32,000 nt of DNA. Origin: Candidatus Saccharimonadota bacterium. Its GTDB lineage: Bacteria; Patescibacteriota; Saccharimonadia; Saccharimonadales; UBA4665. The notes under the pieces were generated by a model, which saw nothing but the letters and a program-made list of their open reading frames with translations, was not told where the DNA came from and did no database searches. The stretch covers positions 660,001 to 692,000 of the forward strand of contig CP065016.1 in assembly GCA_016700375.1 (NCBI GenBank), given 5' to 3'. Position 1 is the first letter of the stretch. Each line of letters begins with the position of its first letter. This document shows positions 15,478 through 23,487 of this stretch, piece after piece. The translations under genes and the position numbers were made by a program.

Positions 15478-17220
15478 CTACAGTTTTTTGCTGGTGCTAC
15501 CGTCGGCTGCTCTAGAAACAACTGCTTTATCTGTTACGTCGAACTTTGATATGTATTTCCGAAGCATAAGCCGTGTTTGCGAATACAGCGCAGCAAATGA
15601 ATTAAAAATAAGTGTGGTAAATGGTAAGTAGGCCCACTGAAGCAACATGAAGATATTTCTATGCCGCTTATAGTGGGCTGGCTTTGGGGGCAGGGTCTTT
15701 AGCGCCAAAAACACGGTTACAACCGCAATGAAGATTGCAAACGTCTGTATACGACTAACAATGAGTGGCAACTCTAGGGCGGCATAGCTTTTTGGGTGAA
15801 AAAGTACCGGTATAAATCCACCGAAAAGAACTAGTATGGGCCCGACAGCCCAGGTCACATGCCCCTCGAGAAGCCGCCACGTTTTTGCTATAAGGTCACG
15901 TTTTGGTATGGTATTTTTACGGAAGAACCCCATGTGAACCACGTAGGCAAGGTCAGAGGCGCCGTACGTCCAGCGCCTATACTGCAAAAACTGTGCTTTC
16001 AGCGTTTTCCAGTAGGTGTCTGAGAGCACAGCGTCTTGGTAGATGGGCAAATGGAGCGCCAGCGCCCGGTAGTTCCCTTCAAAACGGAAGTAGGAGCGCC
16101 AGAATTGATGACCATCCTCCACTATGGTGCGCACGCTCCAAAAATCGGTTTTTTGTAGCGCAACCATCGGCTGAGCATGTGCCGAAAAATTCCTAAGCGC
16201 ATGAGACCGAAGTGAAAACACAAGGTGCGATATAGAGTTACCGGTTGCAAGAACGCGCATAGGCGCTGGCGGATCCCAGATATTATTCGAAAAGAGCGCA
16301 ACGGGCTGGAACGATGAGTGTACGGGGTCTGGACAAACAATGTAGGCATAACTGAGCGCTGTTAAATAGTGTTTGTCTGGCCGATTATCGGCATCGAGCG
16401 TTGTGACAACCACTCGCAGCGGGTCAATTTTGTTCTTTTTTAAATAAGTCTCAAGCGCCCGGCCAGCATACGTCACATTACCACCTTTGCCAATTATCTC
16501 TCCAGGTATATTTGAGGGGTGTTTCACCGCAAATGCATCCATAAACCGCGATTGGTACTGCTTCATCAGCTCAGTTGCTTGCAGTTCTGTCGCTTCCCCG
16601 CCGCGTTCTTCGTAGGCAAGTATGCAGATAACTTGCTTCATGTTAAATTCAGACGCCAGCAACGCCTCTATAGTCGGTCCAAGCACATCACGAGATTCTT
16701 TATAGGTAGCAATAATAACGGCGTGCACAACCTGGTCTGGCTCCATAAGCAGCGGCCTCTCTTTGGTGCCCGCAGTAGCATAGTGATGCCACTTTGGTCG
16801 CTTCACGCGAGGGGGTATCACGCCCTGTGCAAGTTCGTTGAGCATGGTCGGCCACGGTAGTTTTTGGTGTTGTTTTAGTGTGCGAAAACCCTGCATAGAG
16901 CGAACCGCACTAGCGGCGCCCCTGGCGAAGTTGATAAGGACATAAATAAACATGAACAAGGCGGCAATTCTAACATCTATAAAGCTCAGTATGAACGGCA
17001 GTGCTAACATGCTCCAGCTGAGTGCGCCGGGCAGAATTTCAAAGAACCTATAGTGCCCCTTCCTGTCCTGCTCGCGTGGGATTTCTAAAGACATCATACT
17101 CTCAATTGCCCCTCTGATTGGCTTTGCAGACGTGCTCTGGATGGTCGTTTTCGTGAGGAGGCATATCCTGGGGATATGGCGACGAATGAAACGGGCATAC
17201 AGGGTGCGTCTGAAAGGCAA
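15478..17220 (-). CDS. family 2 glycosyltransferase, processive membrane synthase type
   Basis: VIIATYKE, TLDADNRP and a QxxRW-type motif (LQYRRWTYGA), with flanking TM segments. The true start may be MMSLE (17097). Confidence 0.8.
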   Translation of the reverse strand: MPFRRTLYARFIRRHIPRICLLTKTTIQSTSAKPIRGAIESMMSLEIPREQDRKGHYRFFEILPGALSWSMLALPFILSFIDVRIAALFMFIYVLINFARGAASAVRSMQGFRTLKQHQKLPWPTMLNELAQGVIPPRVKRPKWHHYATAGTKERPLLMEPDQVVHAVIIATYKESRDVLGPTIEALLASEFNMKQVICILAYEERGGEATELQATELMKQYQSRFMDAFAVKHPSNIPGEIIGKGGNVTYAGRALETYLKKNKIDPLRVVVTTLDADNRPDKHYLTALSYAYIVCPDPVHSSFQPVALFSNNIWDPPAPMRVLATGNSISHLVFSLRSHALRNFSAHAQPMVALQKTDFWSVRTIVEDGHQFWRSYFRFEGNYRALALHLPIYQDAVLSDTYWKTLKAQFLQYRRWTYGASDLAYVVHMGFFRKNTIPKRDLIAKTWRLLEGHVTWAVGPILVLFGGFIPVLFHPKSYAALELPLIVSRIQTFAIFIAVVTVFLALKTLPPKPAHYKRHRNIFMLLQWAYLPFTTLIFNSFAALYSQTRLMLRKYISKFDVTDKAVVSRAADGSTSKKL

Positions 17221-17262
17221 GGCTGGTGCAATTGAGAGTATGCTGTCTTTAAGTCGGTCATG

Positions 17263-17622
17263 CTATCGGAGGAGAAGCAGTGCGTTACTGACAATTATGA
17301 GCAACACCAGCAGTGGTAATGTAAGTGCAAGCACTCCCAAGGAAAGTTCGCGCTTTATTTTGTAGGTGCGATACGCCAGTGCCAACCCAACCGTGAAAAT
17401 AAGAACGGCAGCAACCATAAAACTCACGATATCCCATGCCGTTCCCTGCGTATAGCCATCAAACCCTAGAGATGAACGGAACGACACAATGTAATTAACC
17501 GTTCCCTTGCTGGAATCGAGCTTGAGCGCCACAAGAACTAGGGCCGCCAACGCCAAAAACGCATTGAGGCTCACCAGCAACAACGCCGACCGGTCTTGAA
17601 TAAAATGTTTTTGCGATGACAT
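17263..17622 (-). CDS. small membrane protein, unknown function
   Basis: 119 aa with three hydrophobic helices. Confidence 0.5.
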   Translation of the reverse strand: MSSQKHFIQDRSALLLVSLNAFLALAALVLVALKLDSSKGTVNYIVSFRSSLGFDGYTQGTAWDIVSFMVAAVLIFTVGLALAYRTYKIKRELSLGVLALTLPLLVLLIIVSNALLLLR

Positions 17623-17696
17623 AAATCTAATACTGTATTGTAGCAGAACTATCAGTAATCTTTATAGGTAATCGGTACGTGACTATAAACGGGTTA

Positions 17697-17718
17697 TGGT
17701 GCGGGTGGGGGGAGTCGA
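17697..17718 (-). other. orphan tRNA-Gly 3' fragment (positions 55-76 including CCA)
   Basis: Minus strand TCGACTCCCCCCACCCGCACCA is identical to the last 22 nt of the intact tRNA-Gly 133 nt upstream. Confidence 0.7.
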
Positions 17719-17814
17719 CCTTTCACCTTCGGTGAAACCCTGCTCCCATGGTCGCAGGGCAAGGGCGGCTTAGCGCCACTGGCGCTCGCGTTCGCCTCAC
17801 CCAGCCCAGAACCA

Positions 17815-17845
17815 TACAAAAAACCTTTCCTTTCGGAAAGGCCTT
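17815..17845 (-). terminator. intrinsic terminator after tRNA-Gly
   Basis: Minus strand reads CCTTTCC GAAA GGAAAGG TTTTTTGT. Confidence 0.75.
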
Positions 17846-17850
17846 TTGCC

Positions 17851-17925
17851 TGGTGCGGGTGGGGGGAGTCGAACCCCCGTCTCAGCCTTGGGAAGGCTAC
17901 ATAATAGCCGTTATACGACACCCGC
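17851..17925 (-). tRNA. tRNA-Gly (anticodon CCC)
   Basis: GCGGGTG TC GTAT AACGGCTA TTAT G TAGCC TTCCCAA GGCTG AGAC GGGGG TTCGACT CCCCC CACCCGC A CCA. Confidence 0.9.
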
Positions 17926-18138
17926 TTGCCTGTTATCATAACATAAATGGGGGTTCTACAGGAGTCGACTCACCTTCGGTGGTCACTTTCAGCGACCCCG
18001 ACGCTTCCCTATTGAAAGCGCAGCTTTCATCGAAAGGCGTCCTTGCAATGTGCCACTGGCATATTTCACCCGAAACTTCACGGCAGCAAGCCAGCTTGCT
18101 CCGGAAGATTTCCTTGCGACCCGCCACGGGCGGGTCTC

Positions 18139-18191
18139 ACCCCGTCTCAGCCTTCACGAAGGCTACATAATAGCCGTTATACGACACCCGC
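18139..18191 (-). pseudogene. truncated tRNA-Gly-like 5' fragment (positions 1 to ~53) with the anticodon replaced
   Basis: Identical to the intact tRNA-Gly except that CCC is replaced by CGTG, giving an 8-nt loop TTCGTGAA. It diverges inside the T-stem after GACGGGG. No 3' acceptor strand follows. Confidence 0.7.
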
Positions 18192-18314
18192 GTAATGAGA
18201 CAAACCTACGGTTTTTCTCATCGCTTTGCTTCTCTTTTCCCTTTAGTTAGTTTTGAAAAGCCGGAATAAATCCGTCCTTTCAAAAAACCCTTTAGCCCGG
18301 ACTTTGTCCGGGTG

Positions 18315-18358
18315 CGAAATTCCAATCCAAGGAGCGTAAGCGACTGAATGGAATTTCG
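18315..18358 (-). repeat. conserved hairpin (repeat family R2, copy 1)
   Basis: Minus strand reads CGAAATTCCA TTCAGTCGCTTACGCTCCTTGGAT TGGAATTTCG. See copy 2 at 20425-20467. Confidence 0.6.
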
Positions 18359-18441
18359 TGAGGAGGAACTGTGCGAAGCCCCACCTGACTTTTGGCCACT
18401 TGATTGCCGAAAGTCAGGTGAGGTTGTAACATATTCCGACG

Positions 18442-18517
18442 TGGAGCCACCTGCCAGGATCGAACTGGCGACCTTCTCGTTACGAATGAGATGCTCTACC
18501 AACTGAGCTAAGGTGGC
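18442..18517 (-). tRNA. tRNA-Thr (anticodon CGT)
   Basis: GCCACCT TA GCTC AGTTGGTA GAGC A TCTCA TTCGTAA CGAGA AGGTC GCCAG TTCGATC CTGGC AGGTGGC T CCA. There is one A-C mismatch at positions 31-39. Confidence 0.85.
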
Positions 18518-18564
18518 AACGCTGTAAAGTATAACGGAGTAGGCACGAGGTGTACAACCCCATA

Positions 18565-18592
18565 TAAAAAAGCCCTATTGAGGGGCTTTTTT
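18565..18592 (-). terminator. bidirectional-looking intrinsic terminator after mscL
   Basis: aaaaaagccct attga ggggctttttt. Confidence 0.75.
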
Positions 18593-18609
18593 ATAGTGCA
18601 AAAAGAAAA

Positions 18610-18945
18610 TTAGTCTTTTTTCTTATCCATGCGGTCAAGCTTGGCCATATGGACAATCTGGTAGACCACAAATGCCGTTGCCAAGGGCGTAATCACCGCA
18701 CCAAGGATTGCTCCCCAGCCGAAGATAAGGTCTTCTCCACCGCGGCTAAGCCCGGTGTTCCACTCTAGTCCGTTTAAGTCAGCACCGCCGAGAATAAAAC
18801 CGACTATTGGACTAATAAATTGATCAACAATCTCTTTTACGGCCGCACCTGCCGCAGTACCGATAGCCAAACCGACCGCTAGACCAACGACGCCTTGCTC
18901 GCGAACAAAATCCACAAAACCTTTTACGTGATTTGCTTTTGCCAT
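18610..18945 (-). CDS. mscL: large-conductance mechanosensitive channel
   Basis: MAKANHVKGFVDFVREQGVVGLAVGLAIGTAAG...ISPIVG. Start set at 18945, which has a GGGAGA RBS; the 21 extra codons of the ORF-track version are unlikely. Confidence 0.9.
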   Translation of the reverse strand: MAKANHVKGFVDFVREQGVVGLAVGLAIGTAAGAAVKEIVDQFISPIVGFILGGADLNGLEWNTGLSRGGEDLIFGWGAILGAVITPLATAFVVYQIVHMAKLDRMDKKKD

Positions 18946-19131
18946 ATATATCTCCCTTATTACCTCTGTTGTAATTCGAAGTATACGACACCGAATTTTA
19001 ATGCGCAAGAAGAAATATCACTGGTGTGCATATGTAATTCTATCTGTTACAGAGATATTTATTACAAAAATGAGGTTTTGAGTTCAGCCCCATTTGACTG
19101 CTCGTTGCCTGATGGTCGAAATATCCAAGCA

Positions 19132-19554
19132 TCAGACCCAGGGAGAATACACCTGAAGCCCAGCAAACTGCTCAAAATCTTTGAGGTTGCGCGTAACCAA
19201 TGTCAGGTTATGGGCGAGACACTGTGCGGCCAACATGGCGTCGATAATGGGAGGGGTTCTGCCAGCCTTACTCCCTACAGCCGTCAAATCACCCCACAGT
19301 TTTGCCGCTATCACATCGAGTGAGATGATACGGCCCTCAAAAGCGTCTTGTATATCTTGTAGTTGAGTAGTCAGTTGCCGACGTTTCATGTCGTCTTCTA
19401 GAAGCATAATCCCTTTTTCTATCTCCCCGAGCACCAGGCATGATGTAAAGAGCTCTAGCTCACTCACTTGGGAAAACCAAGCGCTCACTTCGGAGTTCGG
19501 AGCCGGTTTGGCTAATTCGCTAAGGACGTTTGTATCAACCAAATATCCTATCAC
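19132..19554 (-). CDS. vapC: PIN-domain toxin (VapC/FitB type)
   Basis: MIGYLVDTNVLSE, and later LVTRNLKDF. 140 aa. Overlaps the antitoxin stop by 4 nt. Confidence 0.85.
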   Translation of the reverse strand: MIGYLVDTNVLSELAKPAPNSEVSAWFSQVSELELFTSCLVLGEIEKGIMLLEDDMKRRQLTTQLQDIQDAFEGRIISLDVIAAKLWGDLTAVGSKAGRTPPIIDAMLAAQCLAHNLTLVTRNLKDFEQFAGLQVYSPWV

Positions 19555-19805
19555 TGAACCACCCCTTCATCTGTCTGTCGACCTACCACTGCTCTGTCGC
19601 GGGCCAGGTCGAGCCCAGAAAAATCTGCCTTCTTTAGCGCCGTCTTTAGGCGGTGAGCCGGCTGAAGCATACGACGATAGTCGGCGTAACTCACTACTAC
19701 AGCTGTGTTTTTCCCGCGCCGACTTATAATTTGCGGCCCCTGACTGAGAGCTATATCTACGACGCTGCTCAGTTTGTTTTTCGCTTCTTGGAGTTGCCAT
19801 GTCAT
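19551..19805 (-). CDS. Phd/YefM-type antitoxin
   Basis: MTWQLQEAKNKLSSVVDIAL.GPQIISRRGKNTAVVVSYADY is the typical Phd/YefM N-terminus. Confidence 0.8.
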   Translation of the reverse strand: MTWQLQEAKNKLSSVVDIALSQGPQIISRRGKNTAVVVSYADYRRMLQPAHRLKTALKKADFSGLDLARDRAVVGRQTDEGVVQ

Positions 19806-19819
19806 AATCCTATTGTAAT

Positions 19820-19832
19820 CTAGACAGTCTAG
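19820..19832. promoter_or_regulatory. 13-bp perfect palindrome CTAGACAGTCTAG upstream of the antitoxin gene (operator candidate)
   Basis: Lies 15 nt upstream of the ATG at 19805. Confidence 0.4.
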
Positions 19833-19889
19833 CCTGTCAATAGAGATCGTAAGAGATATTTTGTGAATACCGACTTCGCCTTTCCCCCT

Positions 19890-19975
19890 GCGCCCGACCG
19901 GATGAACGCTTTGCTACTGCCCGCGTCGCATGCTCGGAGCGAGCTCCTGCGCGTGCTCCTTGTCATCGAACCGGC
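19890..19975 (-). pseudogene. tRNA-Asp 3' portion (T-arm plus acceptor 3' strand) interrupted in the T-loop by 62 nt
   Basis: Minus strand reads GCCGGTTCGA (19975-19966) + 62 nt (19965-19904) + ATCCGGTCGGGCGC (19903-19890). Deleting the 62 nt recreates GCCGGTTCGAATCCGGTCGGGCGC of the intact gene. No CCA. Confidence 0.6.
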
Positions 19976-20030
19976 AATCTACGTTCGCTGCGCTCACTAA
20001 TCGCCGGCTCAAACCGACGTGCAGACCACT

Positions 20031-20061
20031 AAAAAAGCCCCACCTTTGGTGAGACTTTTTT
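20031..20061 (-). terminator. intrinsic terminator after tRNA-Asp
   Basis: Minus strand reads GTCTCACC AAA GGTGGGGC TTTTTTAG. Confidence 0.7.
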
Positions 20062-20063
20062 AG

Positions 20064-20140
20064 TGGCGCGCCCGACCGGATTCGAACCGGCGATCTCCTC
20101 CGTGACAGGGAGGCGTGATAGGCCTCTTCACTACGGGCGC
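20064..20140 (-). tRNA. tRNA-Asp (anticodon GTC)
   Basis: GCGCCCG TA GTGA AGAGGCCTA TCAC G CCTCC CTGTCAC GGAGG AGATC GCCGG TTCGAAT CCGGT CGGGCGC G CCA. Confidence 0.9.
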
Positions 20141-20215
20141 ATACAGGTGTAATTGTACCAGATTATTTTGTTAATTAGGTCGGCCCGACTAGGACAAACG
20201 CCCTCCTTTGTCGGG

Positions 20216-20277
20216 CTCCTCCCTGCGGTACTCATCAAAAACATGCAAGCATCTTTTTGACTCCGTTCCTCGTCCGC
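20216..20277 (-). repeat. 62-nt conserved module E, copy 1 (fused to the T-loop of the truncated tRNA-Asp-like copy)
   Basis: 57/62 identical to 23488-23549. Contains an 11-bp hairpin. Confidence 0.8.
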
Positions 20278-20336
20278 CGAACCGGCGATCTCCTCCGGAT
20301 CAAACGAGGCGTGATAGGCCTCTTCACTACGGGCGC
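20278..20336 (-). pseudogene. truncated tRNA-Asp-like 5' fragment (positions 1-57) with an altered anticodon arm
   Basis: Identical to tRNA-Asp except that CCCTGTCA is replaced by CGTTTGATC (one nt longer). Identity ends after the TTCG of the T-loop, where module E begins. Confidence 0.7.
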
Positions 20337-20424
20337 TCGTCGCGGCATGGCAATGGTTTCCGCTACAGTGAAACAAGCAAAATGCTTCTTTCACTGAGCT
20401 ACAACCTCAGCCAGCCACTCCTCT

Positions 20425-20467
20425 CAAAACTCCATTCATCCGCTTCGCTCCTTGGATTGGAGTTTTG
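20425..20467 (+). repeat. conserved hairpin (repeat family R2, copy 2, inverted relative to copy 1)
   Basis: Plus strand reads CAAAACTCCA TTCATCCGCTTCGCTCCTTGGAT TGGAGTTTTG. The loop is nearly identical to copy 1. The stem differs at two positions, both compensated. Confidence 0.6.
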
Positions 20468-20592
20468 GAAATCACACTTTGCACAGAGCCGGTAAGGCAA
20501 ATATCAACCCTGGCAGTTCTTTTCCCCTGCTACGCAGTAGACAGAGCGAAACTAACAGAGGTCAGTGTACCAAGCTAGCAATAAAATTGCAA

Positions 20593-21720
20593 CTATTTCG
20601 GGAGTTCTACTTTTATAAACTTTTTGGGTGGATTCTTTTTCTGTAAGGGCTGAACAAAAGATTCTATGGGGGAAAACGTTATTTGTATATGTGCCGCTTT
20701 ATAAGCACCATTTTCTTTGCTCAGCAGTTTTACAACCTCAAACGAAGTTGGAGTTGTGATAATACCCGAAACCGCTCCAGGCTGAAGCTTACCCAGCTCA
20801 CGTACCACCCGGGGTGGAACTTCTTGGCTCTTCATACTGATGGCAGCATCAGTGTACTGGCCACCATTCGCTTTTGTGTTTGCGTCGTCTGAAGATTGGG
20901 CGGCAAGAGCAGCAAAGTCAGTTCCGTTTTTTAGTTGTAACACTACATTTTGGGCTTTTGAGAACGCCACTGTATCAAGCTTAGCCGCAACCTTTTGCGC
21001 CAGAAGCTCGTCACGAAGCTGGCGTCGTAAATCTCCTAATGACCAGCCGAAGAACTTCTGCATAACGGCTTCAAGCTCATCATCGCCTGCTGCAAGCTGG
21101 TTCTGCGTTCGTAGCACGGCTATGGCATCATTTACCTCCTGCTCGGCCACCCGAACGTTGTTCTGTGCGGCCAAATCTTTCACGTATGCAAACGCAATCA
21201 CCTGGTCTAATGCACGCGGTCGATACGTCTCGAGCTGTCGCTTTCCAGTATCTGTCGTAAAGTCTACCTGCTGTTGTGTTTCGTAGTAGTGCATAACACG
21301 CCTTAGCTCAAAAAGATAACTTTCGTACGAGACCCATCTACCCCCCGCTTTTGCGACGGGAAGCGGAAGGACTTGGCTAACGCGGTACATAAACAAAGAG
21401 GTTGACTGGTACCTATACAGACTCAGGCCGGTATAGACAAAAAATCCTATCAGTGCAGCTACCAGCAAGACGGAAGATACTATGACGATACGGTGTTTTG
21501 AATGCTCCAAAGGGTACTTATATTTACGGGCGCCCTTCAGAACCTCTTCCCTATGCTCCGCAACAGTTTCGTTTGTTATACGCGGAACATTGCTCAGAGC
21601 CGCCTCTGTCTGTTGCTGCAGTGTGGGCTTGCGGAAGCGCTGGGCCACCTGCGGCACAATAGTGCGCACTTTTTTTGTGCGACCCGTTTTCACACCCCTC
21701 TTTAGCGACAACTTCTTCAT
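20593..21720 (-). CDS. membrane-anchored parvulin-type peptidyl-prolyl isomerase (SurA/PrsA-like)
   Basis: N-terminal TM segment, SurA-N-like helical region, and a C-terminal PpiC pattern (LKNGTDFAALAAQSSDD...ANGGQY). Confidence 0.7.
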   Translation of the reverse strand: MKKLSLKRGVKTGRTKKVRTIVPQVAQRFRKPTLQQQTEAALSNVPRITNETVAEHREEVLKGARKYKYPLEHSKHRIVIVSSVLLVAALIGFFVYTGLSLYRYQSTSLFMYRVSQVLPLPVAKAGGRWVSYESYLFELRRVMHYYETQQQVDFTTDTGKRQLETYRPRALDQVIAFAYVKDLAAQNNVRVAEQEVNDAIAVLRTQNQLAAGDDELEAVMQKFFGWSLGDLRRQLRDELLAQKVAAKLDTVAFSKAQNVVLQLKNGTDFAALAAQSSDDANTKANGGQYTDAAISMKSQEVPPRVVRELGKLQPGAVSGIITTPTSFEVVKLLSKENGAYKAAHIQITFSPIESFVQPLQKKNPPKKFIKVELPK

Positions 21721-21725
21721 ATGGA

Positions 21726-22301
21726 CTATACCTCGTGTTGCGGCATACCGGCCGCTTCCACCCCTTCTTTGCGCAGTATTTCGAGCAAATGTTTCTGGGT
21801 TTTTGCTGGATGATGTATATAGTGAATCAGCAGGTCCCCCACGAATGTTTGCATCATTATAGTACCATACCCCAGAAGCGTTTCTTGCAGCCCCTTGACT
21901 TCATAATTAACCATCTGTATCTGGTTCAGACCCATATCGACAACACTCCGGTGGAAAAACCCTTTTTGCGTTATCTGAATAAACCGCTCCGTTGTTACTA
22001 TGAACACACTGAAGTGCCAGCTCATCCAGGAGGGGAAAAACAGGAGTGCACTCAGCGCAACACTTGCAAGAAAACTCACGTAAAAAAATGTCATGCTCGG
22101 CGGATTGTTTGGCTGGGTGTATGTCAGTATAAGTGTGTATAGAGGGCCGACAAGCAGGCCAAGTGACCCAATCACAAGTCCTTTCCGCATCACAATCGGG
22201 TGCTTGCGAAACACGTACAGCACCTCTTCGTCATCCATTTGGTCTTCAAAGTATTTTGCGCGACCTGCCGCTGTTAGCTTTGCCAGTTTTTCTTTGGCCA
22301 T
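21726..22301 (-). CDS. bacterial PH-domain (bPH_2, YdbS/YdbT-like) membrane protein
   Basis: EEVLYVFRKHPIVM, two TM helices, then TTERFIQITQKG... Confidence 0.55.
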   Translation of the reverse strand: MAKEKLAKLTAAGRAKYFEDQMDDEEVLYVFRKHPIVMRKGLVIGSLGLLVGPLYTLILTYTQPNNPPSMTFFYVSFLASVALSALLFFPSWMSWHFSVFIVTTERFIQITQKGFFHRSVVDMGLNQIQMVNYEVKGLQETLLGYGTIMMQTFVGDLLIHYIHHPAKTQKHLLEILRKEGVEAAGMPQHEV

Positions 22302-22326
22302 AAGCGTATTGTAGCAGATTTCGCCC

Positions 22327-23244
22327 CTAAGGGAGTTGATTTGCTATGTGCGCAGCCGCTACTTCACAACCATGTGCTACGGCCAATGAAAATGTTTGAC
22401 CCTGTTTCAGGGCAGCTATGAAGCCTGCGTTAAAGGTATCGCCGGCGCCTGTGACGTTACCCGCGTGGATGCCCTTTACGGCAGGTACGGTTTTTACCAT
22501 ACCATCCTCTAGATAGTGCGCTCCACGGGAACCATCTTTAACTACTGTTATGAGCTGCGGTGCTCGCTCCTGCAACATGCGAAGCCCCGCTTCGATACTA
22601 CTGACCTCCCAAGTCTCGAGGAATTCGGCTTTACTCGGTAAATAATAGTCTGCAGCCAACACCACTTCTCTGACTTGTTCGTACCGCTCTGCCAGCACGC
22701 CGGGTGTAATTCTGCCGTGGTCCACTACCATTGTCGTCTGCTGCTTTTTCGCCAGCGCAACAATGTCCATAAAATGAGCCGAAAGTCCGTCTAGCTTGTA
22801 TAACGTACCAAAATACAAGAATGTTTCACTGGTGAGTTCTTTTGCGAGCTCGGGAAGTAGCAATTGAGCCGTTAGAGCTTGGTTTGCGCTCCCCACACTG
22901 AACACCGCATGGTCGCCATCGTTACTAACCATATTTAGACCAACATTTGTCTGAGCACCTTCATCAGAAATAAGGCAAGCGGCTATACGTTCATCTGCAA
23001 GAAGTTGTTCAACCAGCGCTCCGGTAGCATCACCCCCCTTCATGCCAATAAATAAACCCGCTAGCCCAAAACGCTGCAGTCGCCGAACAAAATTAACCCC
23101 AGAACCCCCTGGTAGGGCTACGTATTTACTACCGAGTATCTCAGTTTCGACCGGTATGCCACTGTGGTCAAATGGCAATCCAGAGGTGTTAATATCGAGG
23201 TACAGGCCTCCAAATGCAATAACATCGTATGGTTTTGTATTCAT
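22327..23244 (-). CDS. PfkB-family carbohydrate kinase
   Basis: N-terminal DVIAFGGLYLDI and the C-terminal signature TGAGDTFNAGFIAAL. Confidence 0.85.
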   Translation of the reverse strand: MNTKPYDVIAFGGLYLDINTSGLPFDHSGIPVETEILGSKYVALPGGSGVNFVRRLQRFGLAGLFIGMKGGDATGALVEQLLADERIAACLISDEGAQTNVGLNMVSNDGDHAVFSVGSANQALTAQLLLPELAKELTSETFLYFGTLYKLDGLSAHFMDIVALAKKQQTTMVVDHGRITPGVLAERYEQVREVVLAADYYLPSKAEFLETWEVSSIEAGLRMLQERAPQLITVVKDGSRGAHYLEDGMVKTVPAVKGIHAGNVTGAGDTFNAGFIAALKQGQTFSLAVAHGCEVAAAHIANQLP

Positions 23245-23255
23245 GGTGAGTCGCT

Positions 23256-23330
23256 TGGTACCCCGGAAAGGAATCGAACCTATATCATCTCCTTAGGACG
23301 GAGCTACTCTATCCATTGAGCTACCGGGGC
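23256..23330 (-). tRNA. tRNA-Arg (anticodon CCT)
   Basis: GCCCCGG TA GCTC AATGGATA GAGT A GCTCC GTCCTAA GGAGA ... AGG TTCGATT CCT.. CCGGGGT A CCA. The T-stem is slightly irregular. Confidence 0.85.
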
Positions 23331-23386
23331 GTATATGTATTCTAGCGGGGTCCCCATGAAATCACCAGATTTCATGGGGTGCATTT

Positions 23387-23420
23387 GACGGAGTTATTCT
23401 ATCCGTTGAACTATCGGGAC
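23387..23420 (-). pseudogene. truncated tRNA-Arg-like 5' fragment (positions 1-34)
   Basis: The 34 nt GTCCCGATAGTTCAACGGATAGAATAACTCCGTC are identical to 23605-23572. Identity ends after the first anticodon base. A 12-bp hairpin follows (23352-23379). Confidence 0.65.
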
Positions 23421-23487
23421 ACACCATAATCTTATCATAGCACCGGTTCGCTTCCAGCTACGCCGGGATACGCGCGCTTACAGCGCA

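Noticed and set aside
17926-18138. Group I intron in the T-arm of a tRNA-Gly
   Set aside because: The size is right and a G precedes the downstream T-loop fragment. However, I could not find the P7/R-S core sequences. No 3' exon follows before the next intact tRNA, and a terminator lies between the putative exons.
18270-18320. RNase P RNA, suggested by AAAGTCCGGGCT and a nearby CCGGCTT (P4-like strands)
   Set aside because: The two motifs are only ~35 nt apart, and each is explained by a local hairpin (CCCGGAC/GTCCGGG and GAAAGGACGG/CCGGCTTTTC). No other conserved RNase P regions are present.
20216-20277. Hammerhead ribozyme core (TTGATGAG) in module E
   Set aside because: The essential C of CUGAUGA is a U in both copies. 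The GAAA and cleavage-site elements are not in a compatible arrangement.
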